The notes under the pieces were generated by a model. That model did no database searches, had not been told where the DNA came from, and worked only from the letters and a program-made list of their open reading frames with translations. Source: Gemmatimonas sp. (GTDB lineage: Bacteria; Gemmatimonadota; Gemmatimonadetes; Gemmatimonadales; Gemmatimonadaceae). From it: a stretch of DNA of 64,000 nucleotides. The stretch is taken from assembly GCA_965279375.1 (NCBI GenBank), contig OZ257156.1, positions 1,856,001 to 1,920,000 on the forward strand, in the 5' to 3' direction. Position 1 is the stretch's first letter. Each line of letters begins with the position of its first letter. Positions 26,651 to 35,915 of this stretch are shown here, in pieces. The position numbers and the translations under genes are program-made.

Positions 26651-28032
26651 CAGCTGCGCCTCTGCACAGCCGACTCAATCGACTGCCCGATGGCGGCGAG
26701 GGCGGCGTAGGTATCCGAGTACTCCGAGATCTCGTCCGGCCGCTGCTGCAGAAACTCCAGCGCGCGCTCGCGGTAGGTGATCGCAGCATCGACGTACGCA
26801 TCGCTGCCACGCTGATACGCGCCGACCATGATCAGGTCTTCTTTCTCGCGATACGCCGCTTCCAGTCGCAGCAAGGCGCTGCCGGCACGCTTCTGCGTAT
26901 CGTCGACGATGTGGTCCCGCACACGACTCTTCGATTCGAGCACATCGATGGCGGGAAAGTGGTTCTGTGCAGCCAGCCGGCGCGTCAGCACGATGTGTCC
27001 GTCGAGGATCGATCGGGCCGCGTCCGCGACAGGCTCGTTGAAGTCGTCGCCATCCACGAGCACCGTGTAGATACCGGTGATGCCACCAACTGCTGCGTTG
27101 CCTGCGCGCTCGAGCAAGCGCGGCAGCGAGGCAAACACCGATGGTGGATATCCCTTGGTGGTGGGCGGCTCGCCGGTGGCGAGGCCGATCTCACGCCACG
27201 CCATCGCGACGCGCGTGACCGAGTCCACCATGAGCAGCACCTGCTTGCCCTGATCGCGGAAGTACTCGGCAATGGCCGTGGCAACCAGCGCACCGCGCGC
27301 ACGAATGAGTGCGGCCTGGTCGCCGGTTGCGACGATGACGACGGAGCGAGCGAGTCCTTCCTCGCCCAACGAGTTCTCGATGAAGTCGCGCACTTCGCGA
27401 CCGCGTTCGCCCAACAGCGCGATGACGTTGACATCGGCCTGTGCGTGACGCGCAATCATGCCGAGCATCGTGCTCTTGCCCACGCCGGAACCGGCGAAGA
27501 TGCCAACGCGCTGGCCGCGACCGATCGTGAGCAGGCCGTCGATGGTGCGCACGCCAGTTTCGAGCGGACGATCGATCGTTTCGCGCTCGAGCGGGTTGGG
27601 CGGTTCCGCAGACAGCGGCACGCGGTCGACGACGTCAACCTTGCCCTTGCCGTCGATGGGATGACCGAGACCGTTGAGCACGCGACCAAGCAATCCGGGG
27701 CCCACGTCCACGCCGAACGTGCGGCCGAGCGGCTGCACGCTGCAGCCCGGATGCAGTCCGTCAAGCTCACCAAGCGGCATGAGCAACACGCCGCGTTCGT
27801 GAAAGCCCACGACTTCCGCCAACACCGAGCGATCGCGCGAATGCGACGTGATGCGGCACAATGCACCGAGTCCCACTTCGAGGCCTGTGGCTTCGAGGAC
27901 GAGACCCACCATGCGCGTGACACGACCGTACGTCGCGAAGCGATCTTCCTTGTCCAATCGGTTGAGCATCGACTCGGAAACCGGCGCGGTGTCGTTGTCG
28001 AACCCGGTGTGGATGTGCATCGTCCCGGTCAT
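26650..28032 (-). CDS. fliI: Flagellar export ATPase FliI
   Basis: GQRVGIFAGSGVGKS, LGERGREV, DSVTRVAMAWREIGL, ILDGHIVLTR. Confidence 0.96.
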   Translation of the reverse strand: MTGTMHIHTGFDNDTAPVSESMLNRLDKEDRFATYGRVTRMVGLVLEATGLEVGLGALCRITSHSRDRSVLAEVVGFHERGVLLMPLGELDGLHPGCSVQPLGRTFGVDVGPGLLGRVLNGLGHPIDGKGKVDVVDRVPLSAEPPNPLERETIDRPLETGVRTIDGLLTIGRGQRVGIFAGSGVGKSTMLGMIARHAQADVNVIALLGERGREVRDFIENSLGEEGLARSVVIVATGDQAALIRARGALVATAIAEYFRDQGKQVLLMVDSVTRVAMAWREIGLATGEPPTTKGYPPSVFASLPRLLERAGNAAVGGITGIYTVLVDGDDFNEPVADAARSILDGHIVLTRRLAAQNHFPAIDVLESKSRVRDHIVDDTQKRAGSALLRLEAAYREKEDLIMVGAYQRGSDAYVDAAITYRERALEFLQQRPDEISEYSDTYAALAAIGQSIESAVQRRS

Positions 28033-28697
28033 CAGGCCTGCACCTGCCCAATCGTGCGATAGGCGCGCTCGAGCGACGTGTCCACGCGCCCGTCGATGAT
28101 GCGCTCGCGTCCTTCCACGAGACATCCACCGCGCAGGATGTGCGAATCCGCTGCCCAGCGCACGTCGCGCACTCGGCCGGCGCCATCGGGCGTGATCAGA
28201 TCGCCACAGGCGCCGATGTCATCCGGATGCAGTCGCACGTGAATCACCTGGTCGATCGGAAATTGCGTGACCGCGCGCTGCACCATCTCGCGAACGATCT
28301 CGGGGTCGGCCTCGACTTCGCGTTGCACGATGTGGCGCGCCACCACCACGGCCAACGCGGCGATGTTCTCTTCGGCGTTGGACGTCCAGCGCGCCTCATG
28401 CAGGCGCACCGATTCGGTCGCGGCATGCAGCGCTTGCAGCGCAGAGGCCAGCGTCGCTTCGGCGTGTTGCCGAACCGCACGCTCCCCGTCGGCGCGACCG
28501 CGTGCGTACGCGGCGGCTTCCGCCTGTTCGCGATCGCGTGTGGCGACGTCGAGCGCCATCTCCGCACTCTCTTCCGCCGTCGGCTCGTCCGCCGAGGAAA
28601 ACACATCCAACGGCATCGCGAACGGATCGGACGCGCCGAGCTCTTCGAGCGCCCAGGCAGTGGCCAGCATCGGTCGCATCGGCTTAGACGATGACAT
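28032..28697 (-). CDS. fliH: Flagellar assembly protein FliH
   Basis: AYARGRADG repeat, VRLHPDD, GGCLVEG...IDG; between fliG and fliI. Confidence 0.9.
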   Translation of the reverse strand: MSSSKPMRPMLATAWALEELGASDPFAMPLDVFSSADEPTAEESAEMALDVATRDREQAEAAAYARGRADGERAVRQHAEATLASALQALHAATESVRLHEARWTSNAEENIAALAVVVARHIVQREVEADPEIVREMVQRAVTQFPIDQVIHVRLHPDDIGACGDLITPDGAGRVRDVRWAADSHILRGGCLVEGRERIIDGRVDTSLERAYRTIGQVQA

Positions 28698-29727
28698 CGT
28701 CGGTACCACCGCTCATCACGATCTCGCCGGACTCTTCGAGGGCGCGCACCTTCGACACGATGTCCGTCTGCGCGGCTTCGACGTCGCGCATCTTGACCGG
28801 TCCGAGGAACTCGATCTCTTCCTTCAGGCCTGCGACTGCGCGCTGCGACATCGTGCCCATGATCTTGGTTCGGAGTTCCGCACTGGCCGCCTTGAGCGCG
28901 AGCGCGAGCTGCTTCACATCGACTTCGCGGAGGAGGCGCTGCAGCGACTTGTCGTCCAGCGACATGAGATCCTCGAAGACGAACATGAGGTTCTTGATCT
29001 GATCGCTGATGTGCGGGTCCTTCTCGGTGACGAAGTCGAGCACTTCCTTCTCGAGCGACGAGCTGACGAGGTTGAGCACCGCGGCCACGGCCGCCGGTCC
29101 ACCCACCGAGCTCATGCCCTGCGAGAATGCGAGATCCGCCTCGTTGCCGATGGCGCGCTCCACGAGCGAGATCATGTCGGGCGAAACCTTCTCCATGCGC
29201 GCGATGCGATACATCACGTCGCCGCCGAGCGCTGGATCGATCTCGCGCAGGATCGCCGCGACGTGCGCGGGATCGAGGTGTGCGAGAATTAGGGCGATCG
29301 TCTGCGGATGTTCACCGCGCAGCGTGCTGCCGAGCTGCTGTGGGTCGGCGCGACGCAGGCGACCAAAGCGATCGCTGTCGGCGAGCTGACCCTGAATGCG
29401 CTTGAGGATGGCTGTGGCGCGGACGTCGCCGAAGGCGCGCTCCAAAACGTCGCGGGCGAAGTCCACGCCACCGGTGCTGATCGAATCGACGCCGAGCGTG
29501 AGCTCCAGCCATTCGTTCAGTACGAAGCTGACCGATTCCTCGGGCACGCGATCGAGCTGCGCCATCTCGAGCGCGACGATCTCCGCCTCTTCAGCATTGA
29601 GACCCGCGGTGATGGTAGCGGCATGTTCCGGCCCGATCGCCATGCACACGATGGCAACCTTCTGCCGACCGGTGAGGCGATCTGGAGCGTACTTGTCAGC
29701 GGGCGAAATACGAGCGAGGGCAACCAT
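28684..29727 (-). CDS. fliG: Motor switch protein FliG
   Basis: LTGRQKVAI, EHPQTIALILAHL, MFVFEDL, MSQRA, GPVKMRDVEAAQ. Confidence 0.96.
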   Translation of the reverse strand: MVALARISPADKYAPDRLTGRQKVAIVCMAIGPEHAATITAGLNAEEAEIVALEMAQLDRVPEESVSFVLNEWLELTLGVDSISTGGVDFARDVLERAFGDVRATAILKRIQGQLADSDRFGRLRRADPQQLGSTLRGEHPQTIALILAHLDPAHVAAILREIDPALGGDVMYRIARMEKVSPDMISLVERAIGNEADLAFSQGMSSVGGPAAVAAVLNLVSSSLEKEVLDFVTEKDPHISDQIKNLMFVFEDLMSLDDKSLQRLLREVDVKQLALALKAASAELRTKIMGTMSQRAVAGLKEEIEFLGPVKMRDVEAAQTDIVSKVRALEESGEIVMSGGTDDVIV

Positions 29728-29739
29728 GGATAGCGATGA

Positions 29740-31395
29740 TCAGCGGTCAGAGCTAATAAGGGACTTCGCCGTGCGGATCGCGGCGGCCGGTCGCTGCTCG
29801 ACCATCGCAATGGCCTGCTCACGCTCTTCGGTGACGACCTGTGGGGGCAGCACGACCTGTCGGCGCTGGTCCAGCTGCCCTGTGCCATCGGCGTCCATGT
29901 CCATCCCGTCGATCGTGCGCATGCCGTTCATCGCATTCGGTTGCTGCCCACTCTGCAGCGCCTGCTGCATGGCGTCGTTCATCTGGCTGGAGGCTGGAAG
30001 TTCGGCGTAGCCAGGGGCGGCGTTGAGCGCTGCCTGTGTGGCCGCATCCAGCTTGGGCTTTTTCTGCTTCAGTGCGCCGAGCACGAGGACGGCGACCACG
30101 AGCACCACGACGAGCGCGGCGATCGCCACCACTGGCTTCGGATTCTGCAGTACTCGGTTAACCATCGTCGGCGTCGGCAGCGTATCCTTGGCCACCGGCG
30201 GCGCCGGAACGAAGAACGGCGCGCTGACCACACTCACCTGATCGCCACGCGCACTGTCAGCGCCGATGGCGCGACGTACGAGCGAATCCACGCGCAGCAA
30301 CTCGGCGGGCGTACGCGGCGTGATCGTCGGCTCGGCCGGCGGTGCAGCCTTGGCGGCGGCAGACGTATCGACCGGCGGCATCGTCACCTTGTCGGCAATG
30401 AGCACTGCAACGGTCAGCTTCTTGATGCCACCAACGGACGCGACGTAATTCTCCGTCGCACGCGTGTAGTCGTACTGTGACGTCGTGTTGTTGAACGCGG
30501 CGCCCTGCGTGGGTGCGCTGGGCGTGACTTCCTGCTTGGCTTCGCTGGTGAGCGCCTGCTTGTCAGGGTCGATCGACTGTGTGTTGCGCTCGATGCGATC
30601 GAAGTTGAGATCGGCCGAGAGCTGCACTCGCGCATTGCCCGCGCCATACGTGGCGATGAGCAGCGGCTCGATCTTCGACTTGAGTTCCTTCTCCACTTCG
30701 CGCTGCTGCTCGAGCTGACGGCTCGTCAGTCCCGTGATGCTGTTCGGCTCATCGAGCGTCAGTGCCTGGCCGCGTTCGTCCACGATGGTGACGTTGTCGG
30801 GCGCGAGACCGCCGACGCTGCCGGCCACGAGGCGCTGAATGCCGCGCACCGTCTTCTCAGGTGGAGCATCGCCGGTGGCCATCGACAGCGTAACGGAGGC
30901 CTTCGACGGGCGCTCGTTCTGCTTGAAGATCTGATCGTCTTCGAGCGCGAGATGCACCTGCACCGACTTCACGTCGGTCATCGCGCCGATGTTGCGCTCG
31001 AGCTCACCTTCCATCGCGCGACGGAAATTCACCTTCTGCGTGAAGTCGGTCATGCCCCACGCCGGCTTGTCGAACAGTTCGAGGCCAGGACGGCCCGTCT
31101 CCACGAGTCCTGCGCCCGAGAGCTCGACGCGCGCTTTCGCGACGTCGGCCGAGTCCACTTTGATGGTGTTTCCGCCATCGGTGAGGTCGTACTTGATGCC
31201 CAGCTCGAGGAGCTTGGCGGTCATCTTGCTGACCGACGATGCGGGCACGTTGGTGACCAGCGGGACCATGACCGGACGCGCCGCGTACTGCGAGACGCCG
31301 TACACCGCTGCGGTAACGAGCACACCAACGCCGATGATGAGCGCCTGTCGCAGGCCACCAACGCGGTCGAGCAGATTTTGCAAAAAGTCAGGCAT
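29740..31395 (-). CDS. fliF: MS-ring protein FliF
   Basis: GLELFDKPAWGMTDFTQKVNFRRAMEGELER, KASVTL, VAGSVGGLAPDNVTIVD, ARGDQVSV; two TMs. Confidence 0.96.
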   Translation of the reverse strand: MPDFLQNLLDRVGGLRQALIIGVGVLVTAAVYGVSQYAARPVMVPLVTNVPASSVSKMTAKLLELGIKYDLTDGGNTIKVDSADVAKARVELSGAGLVETGRPGLELFDKPAWGMTDFTQKVNFRRAMEGELERNIGAMTDVKSVQVHLALEDDQIFKQNERPSKASVTLSMATGDAPPEKTVRGIQRLVAGSVGGLAPDNVTIVDERGQALTLDEPNSITGLTSRQLEQQREVEKELKSKIEPLLIATYGAGNARVQLSADLNFDRIERNTQSIDPDKQALTSEAKQEVTPSAPTQGAAFNNTTSQYDYTRATENYVASVGGIKKLTVAVLIADKVTMPPVDTSAAAKAAPPAEPTITPRTPAELLRVDSLVRRAIGADSARGDQVSVVSAPFFVPAPPVAKDTLPTPTMVNRVLQNPKPVVAIAALVVVLVVAVLVLGALKQKKPKLDAATQAALNAAPGYAELPASSQMNDAMQQALQSGQQPNAMNGMRTIDGMDMDADGTGQLDQRRQVVLPPQVVTEEREQAIAMVEQRPAAAIRTAKSLISSDR

Positions 31396-31399
31396 GCGC

Positions 31400-31726
31400 T
31401 CAGGACTGCATGTTGATCACGGACCGATACGCCTCGACGGTCTTGTTGCGCAGTTCGATCAGGAGATCCATGGCGATGCCGGCTTCTTCGGAGGCCGCCA
31501 TGACCTGATGCATTTCGACGTTCTTGTCGCCGCTGAGGAAGCGCTCCTTCAACTCGCCAGAGCGATCGCTCGCGTCGGAGACTTCGTTGATGACGCGCTT
31601 GAGCGTGTTGCCGAAGCTGCCTTCGCCTTCCGCGATGACCGGCACCTGCACGGCGCCGGTGTCCTGGCCGCCGAACTGCGGCATGGAGCGCGTGAGGAGA
31701 TCGAGACGATTGGTGATGCTTGCCAT
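31400..31726 (-). CDS. fliE: Hook-basal body protein FliE
   Basis: HQVMAASEEAGIAMDLLIELRNKTVEAYRSVINMQS. Confidence 0.93.
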   Translation of the reverse strand: MASITNRLDLLTRSMPQFGGQDTGAVQVPVIAEGEGSFGNTLKRVINEVSDASDRSGELKERFLSGDKNVEMHQVMAASEEAGIAMDLLIELRNKTVEAYRSVINMQS

Positions 31727-31733
31727 GGTGAGC

Positions 31734-32105
31734 TCAGGCCCGAACGTCGAGGCGGACACCGCGCGCGATCGGCGCGGCGGGTGGATTCGTCACGTCCTTG
31801 ATGCGGCTGTACGTGAGCGGGCCGCTGGCGGCCGACTTGGCGAAGAAGTTCCGCTCGTCACTGGTGAGCACACTCCAGAGCGACGGGTCCGTGCCCGGCG
31901 GTGCTTCAACCGGAACGGCCTGCTGCGCGGCCGCCTGTCCGGCGATCGGCGTCTGCGTCTTGAGTGGAGCGCGCGTGAGTGGCGCCGCGGCAGGGCGATT
32001 GTTGCCTGCGGGTGCCGTGCGATCCGGATTCGTGCGAGCGGTGTCTGGCCGACCGACGCCGCCGAGTCCCGTGAGCAGCGGATTCGAAATGCCGTTGATG
32101 GCCAT
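31734..32105 (-). CDS. Hypothetical 123-aa protein between flgC and fliE
   Basis: Fills the gap exactly (ATG 2 nt after the flgC stop); MAINGI N-terminus; Pro/Ala-rich; ends RGVRLDVRA. Confidence 0.75.
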   Translation of the reverse strand: MAINGISNPLLTGLGGVGRPDTARTNPDRTAPAGNNRPAAAPLTRAPLKTQTPIAGQAAAQQAVPVEAPPGTDPSLWSVLTSDERNFFAKSAASGPLTYSRIKDVTNPPAAPIARGVRLDVRA

Positions 32106-32107
32106 GA

Positions 32108-32719
32108 TCAGATATCCAATGAGGCGCGAAGCATCGCCTTGGCGGTCTGGAAGACCGAGGCGTTGGCTTCGTAGATGCGCTTGGCATCCATGAGGTTCAC
32201 GAGTTCCTGCGTCTTGTCGACGTTGGGCTTGCGCACGTAGCCGTTCGCGTTGGCGTCCGGATGGCCGGGCTCGTACACGAGCTGGCCTTCACCCTGATCT
32301 TCCATGATGCCAGCGATGCGCACGCCGTACTCGCCATTGAGGCCCGGTCCGACGCCGCTGCTCTGCATCACCGGGACTTCCACCCACTGCGCGCTGTCCG
32401 AGCTCGACGAGCCAGCGCTCCCTCGGCCGGTCACCGGCGAGCTTCCACCGCCGGTGGTCAGCGGATTCGGGCCCGGATAGAGCGTGTTCGCCGCGGTCGC
32501 CGATTCCATGACGACATCGCGACGCTTGTACGGGTTGCCGTCGGGACCACGCGTGACGTCGGCGTTGGCGAGGTTCTGCGCAATCGTCTCCATGCGCTGC
32601 CGCTGCGCCGACAAGCCGCTGGCGGCGATGCCGAGCGAGCGGAACATCGGGCGGACGACGGGCTCGGACTGATACGGTATGAGCGAGGCGCGACGAGTCG
32701 GATCGATTCCGTTTGGCAT
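32108..32719 (-). CDS. flgC: Basal-body rod protein FlgC (with insertion)
   Basis: IAASGLSAQRQRMETIAQNLANADVTR..PYKRR, YEPGHPDANANGYVRKPNV, YEANASV. Confidence 0.95.
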   Translation of the reverse strand: MPNGIDPTRRASLIPYQSEPVVRPMFRSLGIAASGLSAQRQRMETIAQNLANADVTRGPDGNPYKRRDVVMESATAANTLYPGPNPLTTGGGSSPVTGRGSAGSSSSDSAQWVEVPVMQSSGVGPGLNGEYGVRIAGIMEDQGEGQLVYEPGHPDANANGYVRKPNVDKTQELVNLMDAKRIYEANASVFQTAKAMLRASLDI

Positions 32720-33021
32720 CAGCCCTGACCCTTGATGGCGCCGCGAAGGCTGGCGTAGGTCTTCTCCAGCAGCTTGGCGGTGGCCATGAAGCGCAACTGC
32801 TCATCCGAGAGGGCGACCATCTCGTCCTCGATGTTGACCGGATTCGCGTTGGCGACGGGCTGGGCCTGGCCGGTCTTGGCCTCCAGTGCAAAGCCGTCGC
32901 CGTTCTGCAGCGACGCCTTCGACACACGGTCGGCGATTCCGCGCTGGCGCTCGATGCTGCGATCGAGCCCCGCGTTGAGGGATCCAGCTGATGTTGTGCG
33001 TTCGATGAGTCCGAAGAGCAT
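32719..33021 (-). CDS. flgB: Basal-body rod protein FlgB (short, divergent)
   Basis: First gene of the operon; LDRSIERQRGIADRVS and NPVNIEDEMVALSDEQLRF match FlgB N- and C-terminal motifs. Confidence 0.8.
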   Translation of the reverse strand: MLFGLIERTTSAGSLNAGLDRSIERQRGIADRVSKASLQNGDGFALEAKTGQAQPVANANPVNIEDEMVALSDEQLRFMATAKLLEKTYASLRGAIKGQG

Positions 33022-33067
33022 CGGCGAATTCCGGGTGAGTGGACGAGCGTTTCCACCACCGGAAAAA

Positions 33068-33082
33068 GCAATGCGCGGGCCA
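33068..33082 (-). promoter_or_regulatory. Sigma54 promoter of the flgB-flgE operon
   Basis: Minus strand TGGCCC-GCGCA-TTGC(T). Confidence 0.8.
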
Positions 33083-33134
33083 GACGCGCAGAACGCCGAC
33101 TTCCCGTGTCGGGCTGGTCGGCGTTCTATGGACT

Positions 33135-33159
33135 CAAGTCGTTCAATCGCAACGCATTA
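33135..33159. promoter_or_regulatory. 25-bp IHF-like pseudo-palindrome
   Basis: CAA-GTCG-TTC-AATCG-CAA-CGCA-TTA. Confidence 0.55.
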
Positions 33160-33238
33160 GGCGGAATAAATTCGCCCGGTTTCGACGCGGTTTTCGGCGT
33201 GGACGCGGCACTCGGCGGAGGGCGTTCGGCGTCCCAAG

Positions 33239-33253
33239 CGGAACTTTCTGCCG
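33239..33253. promoter_or_regulatory. Candidate enhancer (UAS)
   Basis: CGGAA-CTTTC-TGCCG. Confidence 0.6.
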
Positions 33254-33298
33254 ACCCTGAAGGGGCGCGACTTGCCGCCTCCACCGCCAGATGCGCGG

Positions 33299-34768
33299 CT
33301 ACTCTTCCTCCGCCTCCGCCTCGCGACCCGGCCCGTTGAGCTTGTTCCGCAGCGTTCGCACGCTGATCCCCAACAGCTCTGCCGCCTTGGTTCGATTGTT
33401 ATCGGCAGCTGTCAGCGCATGCTGAATGAGCACGCGCTCGGCGTCTGCGACGTTCAGTGAATTCAGGCTGATCCCGTCGCCAGACCCGCCGGCAACTGCG
33501 GCCCCAACACCGCGTGGCGTCGGCGCCTTGATCGACGCAAAGCTCCCCGACGACCCCACCGACCGCGGACGCATGGACGGGGTGCCGAGCGAGTGCGCCA
33601 GCCCGAACCGCGTCCCCTCGAGACAGTGCGGCTGGATCATCGGGTCGGGCGTGAGGATCACCGCCCGCTCGATCACATGCTGCAGCTCACGGATATTGCC
33701 CGGCCACGGATACTGCTGCAGCGCATCGATGGCGTCGGGCGAGATCCCCTCGATCTTCTTGCCGATCTCGGCGGCGGTCCGCATCGCGAACCGAAGCGCC
33801 AGCACCGGGATATCCTCGGCGCGCTCGCGCAGCGGCGGGATCAGGACCGGAATCGTGGAGAGTCTATAGTAGAGGTCCTGACGGAAGGTCCCCTGGTCGG
33901 CTTCGGCGGCCAGATCGCGGTTGGTGGTAGCGACGATGCGCACGTCCACCTTGATCGGACTGGTGCCGCCCACCCGCTCGAACTCCTGCTCCTGTAGCAC
34001 GCGCAGCAGCTTGGCCTGCAGGTCGAGCCGCATCTCGGAGATTTCGTCCAGCAGCAGGGTGCCGCGGTTGGCTCGCTCGAACGCCCCCTCCACCCGCTTG
34101 ATCGCGCCGGTGAAAGCCCCCTTCTCGTGCCCAAAGAGCGCGCTCTCCACCAGCCCTTCCGGAAGCGCCGCGCAGTTGAGCTTGATGAACGGCTTGTCGC
34201 GGCGCTCCGACTGGTCGTGGATGGCACGGGCGAACAGCTCCTTACCCGTTCCCGACTCGCCCTGCAGCAGGACCGTCGCTCGAGTGGGCGCGGCCATCGC
34301 CACCGTCTGCAGAATGCGTCGAATCGCGGCCGAATCGCCGATGATCTGCCGCTCGTTGCGGAACTGCATGACCTCCTTGCGGAGGGACTCGTTCTCGCGG
34401 CGCAGGCGGACGAACTCGAGCGCCTGTTCGACGGCCAGCTCGAGCTGCTGGGGACGGACGGGCTTGGTGATGTAGTCGATGGCGCCCGCCTTGATGGACG
34501 CGACCGCGTGCTCGATGCTCGCATACCCCGTGAGCATGATGAGCGGGATGTCGTATCCCTCACGGGTCAGCAGCTGGATGAACTCGAGCCCGGTCAGCCC
34601 CGGCATGCGATAGTCGGAGATGATCAGGTCGATGCCACCGCGTTCCAGAATCTGCAAAGCCTCCGGTACGCTGCGCGCTCCCACGGGGACGTGCCCGGCA
34701 CCTTCGAGCGTGTCTTCCAGGATGAGGCCGACGCTGGGTTCGTCGTCTACGTACAGGATGGTGGCCAT
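33299..34768 (-). CDS. Sigma54-dependent NtrC-family response regulator (REC-AAA+-Fis HTH); probable flagellar activator (FlrC/FleR/FlgR-like)
   Basis: MATILYVDDE, SDYRMPG phospho-Asp, GESGTGKE, intact GAFTGA, LLLDEI, WPGNIREL, NRTKAAELLGISVRTLRNKL. Confidence 0.93.
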   Translation of the reverse strand: MATILYVDDEPSVGLILEDTLEGAGHVPVGARSVPEALQILERGGIDLIISDYRMPGLTGLEFIQLLTREGYDIPLIMLTGYASIEHAVASIKAGAIDYITKPVRPQQLELAVEQALEFVRLRRENESLRKEVMQFRNERQIIGDSAAIRRILQTVAMAAPTRATVLLQGESGTGKELFARAIHDQSERRDKPFIKLNCAALPEGLVESALFGHEKGAFTGAIKRVEGAFERANRGTLLLDEISEMRLDLQAKLLRVLQEQEFERVGGTSPIKVDVRIVATTNRDLAAEADQGTFRQDLYYRLSTIPVLIPPLRERAEDIPVLALRFAMRTAAEIGKKIEGISPDAIDALQQYPWPGNIRELQHVIERAVILTPDPMIQPHCLEGTRFGLAHSLGTPSMRPRSVGSSGSFASIKAPTPRGVGAAVAGGSGDGISLNSLNVADAERVLIQHALTAADNNRTKAAELLGISVRTLRNKLNGPGREAEAEEE

Positions 34769-34801
34769 CGGGTTGGTTGGAGGTGCCGAGTGACAGGCGC
34801 T

Positions 34802-34816
34802 GCAAGTGTGCGTCCA
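34802..34816 (-). promoter_or_regulatory. Candidate sigma54 promoter of the activator gene
   Basis: Minus strand TGGACG-CACAC-TTGC(A). Confidence 0.55.
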
Positions 34817-34842
34817 TGAAGTATGGGGCAAAACATCCCACC

Positions 34843-34857
34843 CGGCAAAAATAGCCG
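34843..34857. promoter_or_regulatory. Candidate UAS in the divergent activator/flgL region
   Basis: CGGCA-AAAAT-AGCCG. Confidence 0.55.
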
Positions 34858-34956
34858 CTAAAGCCGGACTGTGCCGCACCCGATACTCCCCTCAGGGGTG
34901 CCAGCCACGTGTCGGTGGTGCGCGCCGTGTGACAGTGGACCGTAACCAGAGCCGCG

Positions 34957-35868
34957 ATGCGCATTTCAAATCAGATGATCCTGCGGTCGAGCCAAGTGCG
35001 GCTGCAGATGAGCCTGCAGGGCATCGACAAACTCCGCGAAGACGTCTCGTCAGGCATCCGCGTGCGCAAGATGTCGGACGATCCGACGTCGTCGAGCGAA
35101 GTGGTGCGCGTCGGCAGTTCGTTGCGCGCGATTACGCGCTTCCGGCAGAACAGCCAACAGGCCACGACGCGCGCGACCGCTGAAGAGACCGTGCTGGACA
35201 ACCTGACGAATGTGCTCGCTCGCGGCGCAGAGCTCGCGGTGGCGCAGGCGTCGAGTACGGCCAACCCGCAGTCGCGCACGATCGTGAAGGCAGAAATCGA
35301 TCAGCTCATCAGCTACGCGGTCGATCTCGGCAATACGCGCATCGGCGACGACTACATCTTCGGTGGCACGCGCGCCGGCGAACGTCCATTCGCGGTACCC
35401 AGCACGCCGACCGGTCCGTTCTCGCGTCTCGTCGACGCGTCGAACAATCCGGTGGACCCGAGCGGGTCGACCCCGATTGAAGTCGGCGATGGCAAGTTCG
35501 TCACGCCCAATCACAACGGCACCGACGTCTTTCTGACGACGGACGCGCTCGATTCGCTGCGCGCGCTCTCGACCGCGCTGGGCAGCAACAACGTGCCGGG
35601 CATTACCGCGGCGCTCGATCGCATCAACACCGCGACCAGCAACGTGCAAACGCTGATTGGCACGCAAGGTGCAAGATCGAACGAGCTCGACGCCGCGCGC
35701 ACGAATCTCGATTCGCTGGAAATCACGTTGACCACGTTTCGCGCCGACCTTCGCGACACCGAAGTGGACAAGGCGTTGGCGGAACTGGTGGGCAAGCAAA
35801 CGCTGTATCAAGCAGCGATGGGCGCAACCACTCGGATCCTCGGTCTCAGCTTGGCGAACTACCTGTAA
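34957..35868 (+). CDS. flgL: Hook-associated protein FlgL
   Basis: MRISNQM...SSGIRVRKMSDDP, GDDYIFGGT, LYQAAMGATTRILGLSLANYL. Confidence 0.92.
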   Translation: MRISNQMILRSSQVRLQMSLQGIDKLREDVSSGIRVRKMSDDPTSSSEVVRVGSSLRAITRFRQNSQQATTRATAEETVLDNLTNVLARGAELAVAQASSTANPQSRTIVKAEIDQLISYAVDLGNTRIGDDYIFGGTRAGERPFAVPSTPTGPFSRLVDASNNPVDPSGSTPIEVGDGKFVTPNHNGTDVFLTTDALDSLRALSTALGSNNVPGITAALDRINTATSNVQTLIGTQGARSNELDAARTNLDSLEITLTTFRADLRDTEVDKALAELVGKQTLYQAAMGATTRILGLSLANYL

Positions 35869-35915
35869 GGCATTCATCACATCGCACGCTCGATCGACCT
35901 CGCCTCCTCCATTTA

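Noticed and set aside
34957..35868. Could be flagellin
   Set aside because: The YIFGG motif and C-terminal LSLANYL indicate FlgL; no flagellin gene is in the window
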